Shown here: positions 38,385 through 48,123 of the stretch, piece by piece
How positions within the stretch are numbered: the stretch's first letter is position 1
Layout of the letters: the number at the start of each line of letters is the position of its first letter
Virus record (IMG/VR): IMGVR_UViG_3300045526_000331
Coordinates: 5,858-69,857 of that record
Length of the DNA: 64,000 nt
Direction: 5' to 3' (one strand)
DNA from: a virus
Taxonomy: Duplodnaviria > Caudoviricetes
Notes under the pieces: generated by a model
Seen by the model: only the letters and a program-made list of their open reading frames with translations
Told to the model about the DNA's origin: nothing
Database searches by the model: none
Made by a program: the position numbers and the translations under genes

Positions 38385-39374
38385 ATGCTTAATCTCGATC
38401 AAGTAAGGGTAATTGACCCCATCCTTACGCAAATTGCGCAAGGCTATAAGAATGCTGAAGGCGTTGCTACTTTCTTCGCTCCTGCCGTCAGCATGAATGT
38501 CCGTGCCGGTCGTACTCTGGTGTTCGGTAAGGAGGCGTTCGCTGCGCAGTCCTTCCTGCGTTCTCCTGGTAGCAACATCCAGAAGATCAGCCAAGAGTTC
38601 GGTACTCGCAACTTTGCTCTTCGTCAAGAAGCCATTAGCTGGGAAATTGCCGAAGAGGTGGCTGCTGAGGCCAAGAACGGTGCTGCGGCTATCGATCTGC
38701 GTGCCTTCGCTGCCAAAGACGCTTCTAATCGTCTGATGCAGAGCTGGGAAGTGCAGGTCAGCCAAAAGGTTCTGGACATCACCCAGTATGAAGGTGGTAA
38801 CGTGCTCGACCTCGCCACTTACAACAGTGGTGCGGATCAGTTCAACAACCCCACCTCCGACATCGAAGTCCTCATGGATGCGATGAAGGAACAGGTGCGT
38901 AGCCAGATTGGTTGCTATCCGAATAAGCTTGTGCTGTCTCCGGACTCCTTCAACGCCCTGAAGCGTAACAAGCGTATTCGTGACTTCATGCAGCGTGGTA
39001 TCCTTGTCGACGAGAAGAGCCTGGCTCAGATCTTCGGCCTGGATGAAATCCGTGTGGCCCGTCGTCTCAAGCTTAACCAGGAAACTGATAAGCTGGAGAA
39101 CATCTACAACAACGTGGCCATCCTGTTCTATCACCCCAGTGGTAGTACTGATGGTTTCACCCCCGCTCTCGATGCTAACTACGGTACTCCGGCCTTTGCG
39201 TACACCTATACGCTGTCCCGTTATCCTGTGGCTACTCCCGAGCGTTTCAACATTGAGCGTCGCACCTTCACTGGTGACATCCTTGTTGAGCGTAGCTTTG
39301 AGCTGGTGGGTATGGGTGAGACCGGCCGCTGCGGCGCTGGTGCTCTGTTCCTGAACCCGGTCGGTACCTACTGA
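38385..39374 (+). CDS. Major capsid protein
   Basis: IDPILTQIAQGY, FGKEAF, PNKLVLS; position in head module; codon bias; strong downstream terminator. Confidence 0.85.
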   Translation: MLNLDQVRVIDPILTQIAQGYKNAEGVATFFAPAVSMNVRAGRTLVFGKEAFAAQSFLRSPGSNIQKISQEFGTRNFALRQEAISWEIAEEVAAEAKNGAAAIDLRAFAAKDASNRLMQSWEVQVSQKVLDITQYEGGNVLDLATYNSGADQFNNPTSDIEVLMDAMKEQVRSQIGCYPNKLVLSPDSFNALKRNKRIRDFMQRGILVDEKSLAQIFGLDEIRVARRLKLNQETDKLENIYNNVAILFYHPSGSTDGFTPALDANYGTPAFAYTYTLSRYPVATPERFNIERRTFTGDILVERSFELVGMGETGRCGAGALFLNPVGTY

Positions 39375-39395
39375 GGTACGGCTCAATAAATCCAG

Positions 39396-39421
39396 GCCCA
39401 CCCTCCGAGGTGGGCTTTTTT
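39396..39421 (+). terminator. Rho-independent terminator after the capsid gene
   Basis: gcccacc-ctccga-ggtgggc followed by TTTTTT. Confidence 0.88.
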
Positions 39422-39429
39422 ATGTTAGG

Positions 39430-39822
39430 GTGGAGGGTAGTTTTTCCCCTCTAATGGCCTCCCCTCGCCGGTACCTAATTCTCCTAGACACACTGGGGGA
39501 CGGATTGACAACGATTAGCGGCTCTATTGGGGACCTGGACATTATTGAAGAACCCGACCTTGAGCAGTCAGTAAAAGACACAATCGAGGACATTATATCA
39601 AGGGAGGGGGCAAGCACAGTAGAAGAGTACTACAATATCACCCACGGGTCAGAAATATCTGATGAAATTGTATTGCTTGAGCTGACTGGGAGAGTTGGTG
39701 GTGAGGATGTTCAATCCTTTATTGGTCGCATGTGTGTTGAATATGACAAAGTCATAGAGGATAAACAATCAGACGAATACAAAGAATACTTGCGACTCAA
39801 GGCGATATTCGACCCGGACTGA
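39430..39822 (+). CDS. Acidic hypothetical protein
   Basis: 130-aa ORF. Confidence 0.6.
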   Translation: MEGSFSPLMASPRRYLILLDTLGDGLTTISGSIGDLDIIEEPDLEQSVKDTIEDIISREGASTVEEYYNITHGSEISDEIVLLELTGRVGGEDVQSFIGRMCVEYDKVIEDKQSDEYKEYLRLKAIFDPD

Positions 39823-39853
39823 GTTGAAAGCGGTATAGAGGCAGATTTCACCA

Positions 39854-40645
39854 ATGAGTCCATATACCCCGTCTCCAGATAGTCACGGCGTAGCCAATAA
39901 CTGCAATCCGGCTACAGTAGACTACTTCATTGACATCTTTGGGTATAATGAGGCCTTGGAGCTATCCAGACTTGAGGACCCCACGGCCAACTCCGTCAAC
40001 TACGAGAGAATCCAACTCGCTCTGAATGACGCTGCGGCCCTGATCACAAACTACATGGATACAGCCCCTCCGCAGGGGAAAATCCTGATTGCGGGGTCGT
40101 ATAGGCGTACTCAGGCTACTATCGCCCGGTGGTATTTGGATACGTTGCGCCCCCGGCAACAAGTCGTAGATGCGGCAGAAGCAGCCCTTAAGCAACTGGA
40201 TGTCTGGGCAGCAAAGTCATCTCCAGGGTCTGGATTCAAGTGGCAGGAGGCCTACCGCTACTGGAATAGTGCTTGTGCCATGACCATGTCCAGTGTTCAG
40301 CGCGATAGGGCTTTCACAGACACCTCTCTGGCCCGCTGGGAGATGAGGTGGGGAACCAACAACCGCTGGAACCCCTACAAGCGTAAGGGTGCGGTGGTGA
40401 TTGATGGAGTGACGGTGAGGCAACCTAGCGGAGATCTTGGGAGGCAAAACCCGACCATTATTGGAGATAGCACGCTGGCTGTCAACCGGGTGTTTGATGA
40501 GCTAGAGACGACTAGGGACCTAGCCTCGTTTGCCGACACCCAGGCCGCCGCCACGCCCGCCGAAGGCGACGTGGTAGTGGTCGAAGACAGTGATGGGAAT
40601 ATGACTACTTACGACGGAGGGTTACAGGAGGAAGATACGTTCTAA
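39854..40645 (+). CDS. Head-tail adaptor, Mu gp36/DUF1320-like
   Basis: IQLALNDAAALI..Y...IARWYL...A.KQL; late motif at 39823-39831. Confidence 0.75.
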   Translation: MSPYTPSPDSHGVANNCNPATVDYFIDIFGYNEALELSRLEDPTANSVNYERIQLALNDAAALITNYMDTAPPQGKILIAGSYRRTQATIARWYLDTLRPRQQVVDAAEAALKQLDVWAAKSSPGSGFKWQEAYRYWNSACAMTMSSVQRDRAFTDTSLARWEMRWGTNNRWNPYKRKGAVVIDGVTVRQPSGDLGRQNPTIIGDSTLAVNRVFDELETTRDLASFADTQAAATPAEGDVVVVEDSDGNMTTYDGGLQEEDTF

Positions 40646-40678
40646 AGTTGAAAGCACTGTAGAAGCAGACCATAACCA

Positions 40679-41029
40679 ATGTCCCTGAACCAACCTTATG
40701 GCTACGATCCCTTCAACCCTGCTCAGCCAGGGGGTGCAGGGCTTCTGACTATCATGCCGGACTCTGGGGGTTCGGCATGTAGCTATAACCTCAGTAGTCT
40801 GTACGGGTTAAAACATAGTAGCTTTGGGGTGTTCCCGGACTCGACCCCATACAAACAAACTGCGAGCGAACTCCGCCAATACATTATCAATCTGGAGGCA
40901 ACCAGAAAGCTGCGCGATCTTGCCGATGTAAACTTCCAGAGGTCACCACAACCCGGGGATGTAATTGCGTACAATTACACCACGGGGTACTGGGAGCTAC
41001 TAGACTTTGTTTCCGGTGGTGAATTCTGA
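40679..41029 (+). CDS. Small virion protein
   Basis: LRDLADV...PGDVIAYNYTTGYW; late motif at 40647-40655. Confidence 0.7.
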   Translation: MSLNQPYGYDPFNPAQPGGAGLLTIMPDSGGSACSYNLSSLYGLKHSSFGVFPDSTPYKQTASELRQYIINLEATRKLRDLADVNFQRSPQPGDVIAYNYTTGYWELLDFVSGGEF

Positions 41030-41624
41030 CAACCACTTACAAGTTCCCCACGGGTGGAGAGTTGACTCCAACTCATTGCCTGAGTTTGCCGTAACCCTAA
41101 AACCAGGGAAACCCAAAGGGACGGGTATTTGGTACGATATATACAACAGAATGGCCAAGTGGAACGGTATGGCCTGGGAGTTAGTAAAACAGGAGAAGGT
41201 TGAGAAAAACGATACGGCCAAACATATATCTCAGCTTAAACCTGGTCAGGCTGACTTTTTTGCCGGCACAAATATCGTGGAAAAGAATGAGGATGGGTCA
41301 TACGAAATTACTGTGCCGGAGCTTTCTGAACTCAGGGGATCTCAGCTAAGGGAGGCTGGACTCAGTCCACAAAAAGTAGCTGAAATGACTCCCCTAGAGC
41401 AACTTAAGACCCTCCGAAACAACTTTGAGGAGTTGAGGAAAGAGCTGCCGGAGGGTCAGTATTACTTGGAGGGATACGACGAGCAAAGGCGTCGGATCTA
41501 CAGTAAATGGTTTGAAAAAGACCCGCAAGCGGAGTTTCTCCATCGCCTAACTAAAAAGCCCCATGTCCCCGGGCCAGACTCTATCGTCAGATTAAACGTA
41601 AAATCTCCCAACCCCCCTGATTAG
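41007..41624 (+). CDS. Hypothetical protein (start uncertain)
   Basis: 205-aa ORF. Confidence 0.55.
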   Translation: MFPVVNSDNHLQVPHGWRVDSNSLPEFAVTLKPGKPKGTGIWYDIYNRMAKWNGMAWELVKQEKVEKNDTAKHISQLKPGQADFFAGTNIVEKNEDGSYEITVPELSELRGSQLREAGLSPQKVAEMTPLEQLKTLRNNFEELRKELPEGQYYLEGYDEQRRRIYSKWFEKDPQAEFLHRLTKKPHVPGPDSIVRLNVKSPNPPD

Positions 41625-41994
41625 TAGAGTAATACACCCTCTTAATGCTCGACTCAGCGATTGCCAGTTGGCAAACTGGGCATGGCTTGGCCATGCAAAG
41701 CTCACCCCTTTTATTCACCCTGCAGACTACCAGGGTGTCGCAGCGGGAAGCCCAAGGCTTCAACAAAGCTCGCACTTCGGCATGAAGATAAACCTTTTTG
41801 TCCAGTCCAGCCCTGCTAGCAAAATGAGCCTGAATAGGGTGGGTCTTAATGTCTGTATTGGTAGAACTGACCAATACTTTACCCTTACTAAGTAGTAGGC
41901 AACCCACCCTGAAAATAGAGGGGGAGGAGAGTGCTACGGCCCTAGCACAATCCTCCGTGACTTGGTCAATTCCCTCCTTCATATCTCTTGGCAA
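41587..41994 (-). CDS. Zinc-dependent cytidine/dCMP deaminase-fold protein
   Basis: RVGCLL, HAEVRAL, KPCPVCQ. Confidence 0.85.
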   Translation of the reverse strand: MPRDMKEGIDQVTEDCARAVALSSPSIFRVGCLLLSKGKVLVSSTNTDIKTHPIQAHFASRAGLDKKVYLHAEVRALLKPWASRCDTLVVCRVNKRGELCMAKPCPVCQLAIAESSIKRVYYSTNQGGWEILRLI

Positions 41995-42214
41995 CTCTCA
42001 TGCAGACATCTCCCCAGCGAAGAATGTCCTGGGTCCGAAAATGCTTGGAGATGGGGACCTCTGTGTCAAGAACCCTCTCCCCATCACTATGGCGCTCCAT
42101 CCTGAGATACCCGTAGGTATCCGTCTGTTCCAAGACATAGCAGTGGTAAATTCCGTCTAGGTCATTGGACCAGACAACCTTGGGGGCATGCTCAGGCTTG
42201 CTCATCATGATCAT
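41966..42214 (-). CDS. Hypothetical protein
   Basis: 82-aa ORF coupled to neighbours. Confidence 0.6.
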   Translation of the reverse strand: MIMMSKPEHAPKVVWSNDLDGIYHCYVLEQTDTYGYLRMERHSDGERVLDTEVPISKHFRTQDILRWGDVCMRVAKRYEGGN

Positions 42215-42389
42215 TGGATGGTTGGGGGTCTTTGAGCAGTGTCTTCAACAAGACAACTGCTATACTCAGTCCGGCAAGAATTGGGGCCATTAGAGAAAAA
42301 AGCAGAATTACCACTATAGCTGAAAATAGTGCTAGTTGTGGCGTCATTGTTGAAAGCGCATTAGGGAGTGTGCGCAGACACAGTCCCAT
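42192..42389 (-). CDS. Small membrane protein (probable start MTPQLALF)
   Basis: Hydrophobic helices; GTGCTAAGAT at 42388-42397. Confidence 0.5.
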   Translation of the reverse strand: MGLCLRTLPNALSTMTPQLALFSAIVVILLFSLMAPILAGLSIAVVLLKTLLKDPQPSNDHDEQA

Positions 42390-42397
42390 CTTAGCAC

Positions 42398-43339
42398 ATG
42401 TTACTTGAGATTGAAAACCAGCTCCATCGCAAGATCCATGAGTCTCTGGGTCAGAGCGCGGTGGTCCTGAGGCTCGCGGAGAGCCTAGACGACTCCGGGC
42501 GTGTGGCCGAACAGACTGTAATAATTGTATCCTTTACCTCCTCCGAAACTCAGAACTCAAACAAGGGAGCGTACATCCCCACTGTACGCAACCGGACAAT
42601 GAACTTCACCGTTACCCTTGTCCAGAAACAAGTTCAGAGGGAGGGGCATTCTTTCTGTTTGCCCATCCTCGACCTAATTGCCGATTCTGTCACGGGGTGG
42701 TGTCCCCCCATTCCCGGAATTGAATGGCAGACGGGATTTGAACTGGGGTCGGAGAGGTTTGTACAGGTAACCAAGGAGGCTTCTCAATTTATCTACGAGC
42801 AAACCTACAGCATTACTGCTAATCTCGTAGATGGAAGGTTCTACTCCACACCTTGCGCAGCATACGACCCTATAAGGGTTGAAGACTTTCTGCCCACAAG
42901 GAAATGCCTCCTTACCCCGGCCGGTAGACAGACCGGGCTTGCTGTCTGGAGAAGAACTGTCGGTCCTGACTCTGTAGAAAAATATGTAGTGGAAGATCCC
43001 CGGTGCAATAGAGCTGTGGGGGACAGATTATCTGTTCAATGTACTTCACCTGGAGATGGTAATGCGACCTATGTGTTCGTTCCCCTAACAGCAGTGAGAG
43101 ACGACGGAACACTGGATGAAGCCCAGGTGGTTACAGGAACAATAAACAATGTTTGGAAATGTACTAGAGAAGGTATTAAGTCTGGACGTGACCTCCCAGA
43201 GTGGTTTAAGCTCAACATCGACTGCGGGTTGTGGAGAAATAGTGTAGATACAGTTCCAAACACAGACCCGGGGACAAGTTCTTACCAGCCCCTGGACATT
43301 CTCCTCAACCCGAGATATAGTGAGCAGACGGCAACGTAG
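42398..43339 (+). CDS. Tail terminator/completion-like protein
   Basis: MLLEIENQL...LDLIADSVTGWCP; late motif at 42349-42357. Confidence 0.55.
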   Translation: MLLEIENQLHRKIHESLGQSAVVLRLAESLDDSGRVAEQTVIIVSFTSSETQNSNKGAYIPTVRNRTMNFTVTLVQKQVQREGHSFCLPILDLIADSVTGWCPPIPGIEWQTGFELGSERFVQVTKEASQFIYEQTYSITANLVDGRFYSTPCAAYDPIRVEDFLPTRKCLLTPAGRQTGLAVWRRTVGPDSVEKYVVEDPRCNRAVGDRLSVQCTSPGDGNATYVFVPLTAVRDDGTLDEAQVVTGTINNVWKCTREGIKSGRDLPEWFKLNIDCGLWRNSVDTVPNTDPGTSSYQPLDILLNPRYSEQTAT

Positions 43340-43371
43340 CCCAAGCTCCTACCTCCTCTCATCAACTCACC

Positions 43372-43785
43372 ATGGAAAAATCCTTCATTGAAGTCCTGAC
43401 TCGGCTTCACAATCTCTCCGGAGCCGCGCAACTAGCCCACTGGAACATCACGGGTCCGGAGTTCCCCCAGTACCATGAGCTTTTTGCCCGAATCTACGGG
43501 ATGGCGGACGGGAACATCGATCCCATGGCTGAACAGGCCAGGGGGAGTGGTGTTGAAATCCCGGCCAAGATCTTCCACGATGTGCCGGAAATCGACTGGA
43601 GCACCAACAAAGAGCTGATCGAGGGGCTTTTTAAGGTGGTTGAGGAGCTTTGCGAAGCCCTGGATAAACTCCACAAAGATGCCGATGAGGCGGAAGAGTA
43701 CGGTGTTCTGAACCTCGTAGAGGACTTGATGACCCAAACTCGGACCATGAAGTACCTTTTGGGCTCGGTTCTGGACAAATTCTGA
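43372..43785 (+). CDS. dps: Dps/ferritin-like DNA protection protein
   Basis: HWNITG..F..YHELF..IY...IDPMAEQARG. Confidence 0.85.
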   Translation: MEKSFIEVLTRLHNLSGAAQLAHWNITGPEFPQYHELFARIYGMADGNIDPMAEQARGSGVEIPAKIFHDVPEIDWSTNKELIEGLFKVVEELCEALDKLHKDADEAEEYGVLNLVEDLMTQTRTMKYLLGSVLDKF

Positions 43786-43828
43786 ACAAGAAAAGAGGGG
43801 CGTATGCCCCTCTACTTGCCAAGCTAAG

Positions 43829-44194
43829 TCAGCTCAACCTCGTATAGCAGACACTCTCATGGCCACGGGAGGGGTTGGAGATCCGTGCAAAAGCCCCGTA
43901 GGACAAGTCCAGGATTCTCCCACCATAGTACGGGCCTCTGTCTGTCACCTTAACCCGAACGGAGTTGCCTGTTCTGCGGTTGGTGACCAGAAGAACAGAG
44001 CCGAGAGGGATGCTGGGGTGAGCAGTGGTCATGCGGTAGGGGTCCATCGGACGGCCATTGGCCATGGTCCTACCGCCATATCCATCCCCCACTCCGTAGT
44101 GGGATGCCTGTCCACAACCGGACCATGAGGCCAGAGCCGGTACGGGGGACAAAGCCAGAAGAGAGAGTGCGGCTAGTGCGAGAGTTTTACGCAT
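43829..44194 (-). CDS. rlpA: RlpA-like (double-psi beta-barrel) lytic transglycosylase with signal peptide
   Basis: ASHYG, TMANG, TTAHPSIPLGS, VTDRGPY...ILDLSYGAF; signal peptide MRKTLALAALSLL (track start 44266). Confidence 0.88.
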   Translation of the reverse strand: MRKTLALAALSLLALSPVPALASWSGCGQASHYGVGDGYGGRTMANGRPMDPYRMTTAHPSIPLGSVLLVTNRRTGNSVRVKVTDRGPYYGGRILDLSYGAFARISNPSRGHESVCYTRLS

Positions 44195-44347
44195 GAAACT
44201 GTTGCAAAGGACAACACAGCGGCCTCTGTGACGAGGTAGGGGGAGAGTCGTTGACCTTCCCCCCATTTGCCCCCGTCTGGGGCGCTATGCGACGGACGAC
44301 GAGACGGACGAATCCGCAAAGCCGGCCGGTTAGGGAACGTGGCTCCC

Positions 44348-47077
44348 TTAGGGAACTATAGCACGGAGAGACTCCAGCACGGGGACTAGGCTGGCGATGG
44401 TGTGGGCTCTTCCATCGGGTTCAGCCCTGGTCTGAGAGATGGTCAGAGTAGAGGCTGTAGCAGACTTCCTAAAGATCTTATCAATCTCAATACTGCTGAA
44501 CCAGGCATTTGCGTGGGGCATCTCGTAAATACCATAGTTGTACCTCAGCCAGGCCCAAGACCAGAGGTGGGCAACCTGGTAAAGAGCTGCGACTACGTCA
44601 GCATCTTCTTCCCTGCACATATAAAGGACGCTGTCATGAACTGAAATGCAAAAACGTGCGCTTACTCCGTATCTATGGGTAAGGTACTCCATCGCAGTCA
44701 AGAAGGCATGTAGCATAGCACTGCCAGTAGATTGAATAACCCAGTTGTTCCGCATGGTGAAGAAGTTTTCCCCCACGTTAGATGGACGAAAAGCCGTAGA
44801 CATTCTCGTACCGCTGAGGGGGTTTAGGGGGATGTCCAAGTTGGCAATGCGAGTCATTTCATTGTATGCGAATGAATCACTCCCACCGTAGTAAACTCCA
44901 TTCTCCTTCTTGCCCTTCTTCTTGGTAATAAGGGTTTTGGCCATGCCCTTAGCCTTAGACAAAGAGATGTTCTTGTTCCCTTTCCGGATAGTAGATGCAA
45001 GGGTGCTAATCCCCGACCCATACAACATCCCGTAATTACAGTTTTTGGAAATAGACCGGGAAATGCCAATGGTTTTAGCAGTCATGCTGTGCATGTCCGT
45101 TCCATCGTCCTTCGATCCGGCCAGTACACTATGACCAAACTGAGTGCTGCCGGCTATCTTGTACACGCTGTCGGCAAAGATAGACGCCACTACGCCTTCC
45201 TGTCCGTCATAGTCAGAGGAAACAAAGGTGTAGGGGGATGACACCTGGACCCGGGTCTTTACCTCCGTCCCTATCTTCTCAGGCTTGGGGTCAGGGACTG
45301 TAAGCCAGAGATTTTCACCCGACCGGTTGGTCGCAGTGTTGTGAGGGATGGTGGAGGGAATGATAATGGTAAGACCGGTATCGTTCGACTTAGTTGGAAG
45401 TTGCTTCTTCACCCTACTCCTTACAGAAGTCCAATAGGATACCCTTATGGCCAACTGTAGTAGTTCTTGGGCCTGGGGAAGATCGCTGGACAAAATGCCA
45501 CTTTCAAAGTCAGGCAGATAGTCCTTGCTGAGGACTCCTCCCACATTCACCCCCTCTCCGTCTACGTGAGGGATCTGGGCAGATACACCCTTCTCCTCGT
45601 CAAAGAACTGCCACCCCTTCTCCTCTGTGTAGAAGATGGGCTGGCCTTTCCACCTCAAACGCAGCAACAAATGACTAATTCTACTCTTGGTAGTAATGGG
45701 ATTGAGGACAATAGCCCCCGTCTCTTTATTCCTACTTGCATTCTTCCTGAACCATACGGGCACCCCGTACCACACAGACTTAGGGGTGCCATTCTTTTTC
45801 AAAGCATGGTCTGCAGTCCAGTCTAGTTGCTTATACCATGGATCTGACTCCACATCGACCTCGTCATTCTTCCAGTCCTCCAGGAGTTGAAGTGCCAGTT
45901 CCTTGAGCAGCTCATTTTGCCGATCAATGGATTGCTCCCATACCCTCTCACACCCTTCCACCCACTCGTTCCAATCAGGACTGACTGGCAGAATGGCTGA
46001 AGTTTGGGCAAAGTGGCCGTATAGGGTGGTAAGGGACGGGTTGGACTGCAGATACTTCAGGCAGACAATAGAAAAGAGATCGAAGGTAATTTGGACATCC
46101 TTCAGTGCGTAGGCAACCAGCTCGGGTTTGTCCTTATCAAAATCCGACATGGATTTAGCAACGACAAACAGATTCCGGGTGTTCTTCGTATCCTTGGAGA
46201 GTTTTTTCTCCGGATTGCAGTGGAAGTTGTAAGTGTCGATGAGGTTGTTAAGGGATCCCTTCTCCGACCATGATGGAGGAATAGAGAACTTGCTGGCTTT
46301 CTCCTTGAACCAGAATCTTTGCTCAGAGGCCAAACCGGATACGTTGATGTGGGCAGACATGGTGTCGAACCAGAGGTTGCCAAACCTTTTATCTTTGTCC
46401 GGGTTGAGTGGGTCGTGATGGAGATAGTATGCCTCTACAGTTCTTTGACGATCAAACCCCACATTATGAGCGACAAGAATGGAGTTAGTGGTCCCCAAAG
46501 GTACCAGCTTTTCTGTGTAGGGGATGCTGCTGTCACAAAATGATTCGTGCATCCAGACGTAATACGTCCCCTCCATGTCCACAGCGGTGGCCAGAATAGG
46601 ATGACCAAACTCAGAACCTTGGACAAAGGTTTCGCAGTCGAATACGGCAATGGGCACACCTTCCAGTCCCTTCTCCCCCAGATATGTACAGGCCCAAGAC
46701 GTGCCGTCAAACTTGTATGAGGTCCAACCCTCATAGTTGCGAATTTCTTCGGGTGGAGGCGGGTCCCCTACCTTGACGCTATTAGCAAATAGGGTCAGGA
46801 GTTTTTTCTGCTCTCCTACCGCCCCCTCAGAAATCAATTTAAAGTGCTCGGAGATGTTCTCCCCTTGGATCTGGGGCAGATTGAACTCCGGGAGATTAGT
46901 AAATGTCGGAGGGTTTTTGATGGGAAATTCCACACCAAACCCCTCCATTTGGGTAATGATCTCATTGATATTGGTTTGTTCTTCGGGATGATAGCTCTTT
47001 ACCACCTCCTCTCCAAATACCTTAGAGGCCATGCTCGGGGGCAGGATGGAGTACCCAAGAGCATTGGTGTGGGTCAT
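44348..47077 (-). CDS. Family A DNA polymerase, mitochondrial Pol-gamma-like
   Basis: Exonuclease FDCETF, AHNVGFDR, DTMSAHINVSGL; polymerase SDYDGQE, KNCNYGMLYGSG, NWVIQS, ISVHDS. Confidence 0.92.
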   Translation of the reverse strand: MTHTNALGYSILPPSMASKVFGEEVVKSYHPEEQTNINEIITQMEGFGVEFPIKNPPTFTNLPEFNLPQIQGENISEHFKLISEGAVGEQKKLLTLFANSVKVGDPPPPEEIRNYEGWTSYKFDGTSWACTYLGEKGLEGVPIAVFDCETFVQGSEFGHPILATAVDMEGTYYVWMHESFCDSSIPYTEKLVPLGTTNSILVAHNVGFDRQRTVEAYYLHHDPLNPDKDKRFGNLWFDTMSAHINVSGLASEQRFWFKEKASKFSIPPSWSEKGSLNNLIDTYNFHCNPEKKLSKDTKNTRNLFVVAKSMSDFDKDKPELVAYALKDVQITFDLFSIVCLKYLQSNPSLTTLYGHFAQTSAILPVSPDWNEWVEGCERVWEQSIDRQNELLKELALQLLEDWKNDEVDVESDPWYKQLDWTADHALKKNGTPKSVWYGVPVWFRKNASRNKETGAIVLNPITTKSRISHLLLRLRWKGQPIFYTEEKGWQFFDEEKGVSAQIPHVDGEGVNVGGVLSKDYLPDFESGILSSDLPQAQELLQLAIRVSYWTSVRSRVKKQLPTKSNDTGLTIIIPSTIPHNTATNRSGENLWLTVPDPKPEKIGTEVKTRVQVSSPYTFVSSDYDGQEGVVASIFADSVYKIAGSTQFGHSVLAGSKDDGTDMHSMTAKTIGISRSISKNCNYGMLYGSGISTLASTIRKGNKNISLSKAKGMAKTLITKKKGKKENGVYYGGSDSFAYNEMTRIANLDIPLNPLSGTRMSTAFRPSNVGENFFTMRNNWVIQSTGSAMLHAFLTAMEYLTHRYGVSARFCISVHDSVLYMCREEDADVVAALYQVAHLWSWAWLRYNYGIYEMPHANAWFSSIEIDKIFRKSATASTLTISQTRAEPDGRAHTIASLVPVLESLRAIVP

Positions 47078-47098
47078 GGGGGAATGCAGAGTCAGACC

Positions 47099-47740
47099 TT
47101 AGTAGTATAGCACGGACTCGTCCCTGTCTGTGTAATACACACCTACTCCCTCCAAGGAGGTCGCATCGAGGATGTGGACGTTCCCCTTCCTGTACGGTAA
47201 ACCGTAATGGCCAAAGTAGTACTGATAGTTGGGGTCTATTCCGTGTACGGATAGATCCTCATCCCTAAACCAAAGATAGCCCGGCCCATGAATGACCTGG
47301 TTCCGGGATACCTGTACCCCCTGATGGGGATAGTAGGCATGGGCTAGCCTGTAAGTTCCGTCTATTTCCAAATGAGTTGGGGAGTTAGAAAGCATTCCCA
47401 GGTAAGCTACTCTTTCTGCCAGAGGAAGCTGCTTTAGGCACTTCAGGGTGTACTTTACCTCTTTCTTCTTGATCTTTTCCTCCCCATTTATCAGATTTCT
47501 AAGGATGTAGTTTTCATTATTTCCCAGTATGAGTGTTCCTCTTCCAGTCGAAACCAGCTCATACACCTGGGCCAAAATGCGAATGGGTGACACCCTTTTC
47601 GCTCTACGGAAGAAGGGTTTGTGGTGGAGAATGTCCCCGAGGAAGATGTAGTGATACTTCCCCTTGTCCCTTTCCAGAATGTCCTGGAGAACATTTGCCC
47701 TGCCGTGCAAATCTCCCACGAAGGCGTAAGGTCTAGACAT
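47099..47740 (-). CDS. Calcineurin-like metallophosphoesterase
   Basis: GDLHG, LGDILH, LGNNE, LAHA, FGHY. Confidence 0.85.
   Translation of the reverse strand: MSRPYAFVGDLHGRANVLQDILERDKGKYHYIFLGDILHHKPFFRRAKRVSPIRILAQVYELVSTGRGTLILGNNENYILRNLINGEEKIKKKEVKYTLKCLKQLPLAERVAYLGMLSNSPTHLEIDGTYRLAHAYYPHQGVQVSRNQVIHGPGYLWFRDEDLSVHGIDPNYQYYFGHYGLPYRKGNVHILDATSLEGVGVYYTDRDESVLYY
47104..47115 (-). promoter_or_regulatory. Extended -10 CCGTGCTATACT upstream of the polymerase
   Basis: 26 nt before ATG 47077. Confidence 0.7.
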
Positions 47741-47858
47741 CGTAAATCCTGTTGAACAACCTCATCTTCTCCGTATATTCTCTCATCAATTCAGCATTAG
47801 ACCTCTCTTCAGCACGTCGAAGAAAGTAGTTCTTTAGAAACGGGACATTGCTGAACAT
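47733..47858 (-). CDS. 41-aa hypothetical protein
   Basis: MFSNVPFLKNYFLRR...IYDV; overlaps the next start. Confidence 0.45.
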   Translation of the reverse strand: MFSNVPFLKNYFLRRAEERSNAELMREYTEKMRLFNRIYDV

Positions 47859-47880
47859 CTGCGGGTTGTGCAGAATGGGG

Positions 47881-48015
47881 TCAGGTAGGCCTTTTGACAC
47901 TGTCCAGCTTAAGCAACAGGAACTTCCTCCGCATCTTAGCACTCCGGAGGGAGGCGGGCTTCAGGGTGCGTTTCTTCTCTTTCCCGGAGTTGTGTTGCCA
48001 GTTAGGGGTGGTCAT
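47881..48015 (-). CDS. 44-aa basic protein of a type I recall from cyanophages
   Basis: MTTPNWQHNSGKEKKRTLKPASLRSAK...; GTGCTAGACT at 48041-48050. Confidence 0.65.
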   Translation of the reverse strand: MTTPNWQHNSGKEKKRTLKPASLRSAKMRRKFLLLKLDSVKRPT

Positions 48016-48123
48016 CGTCCCAACACCGTACAAAGACGCGAGTCTAGCACACGACCGCACTGGGTAAGCCAGATTGCGTAGTGGCCGTCAAAATCGACTA
48101 TTGTATGGACTACGGAATAGATC

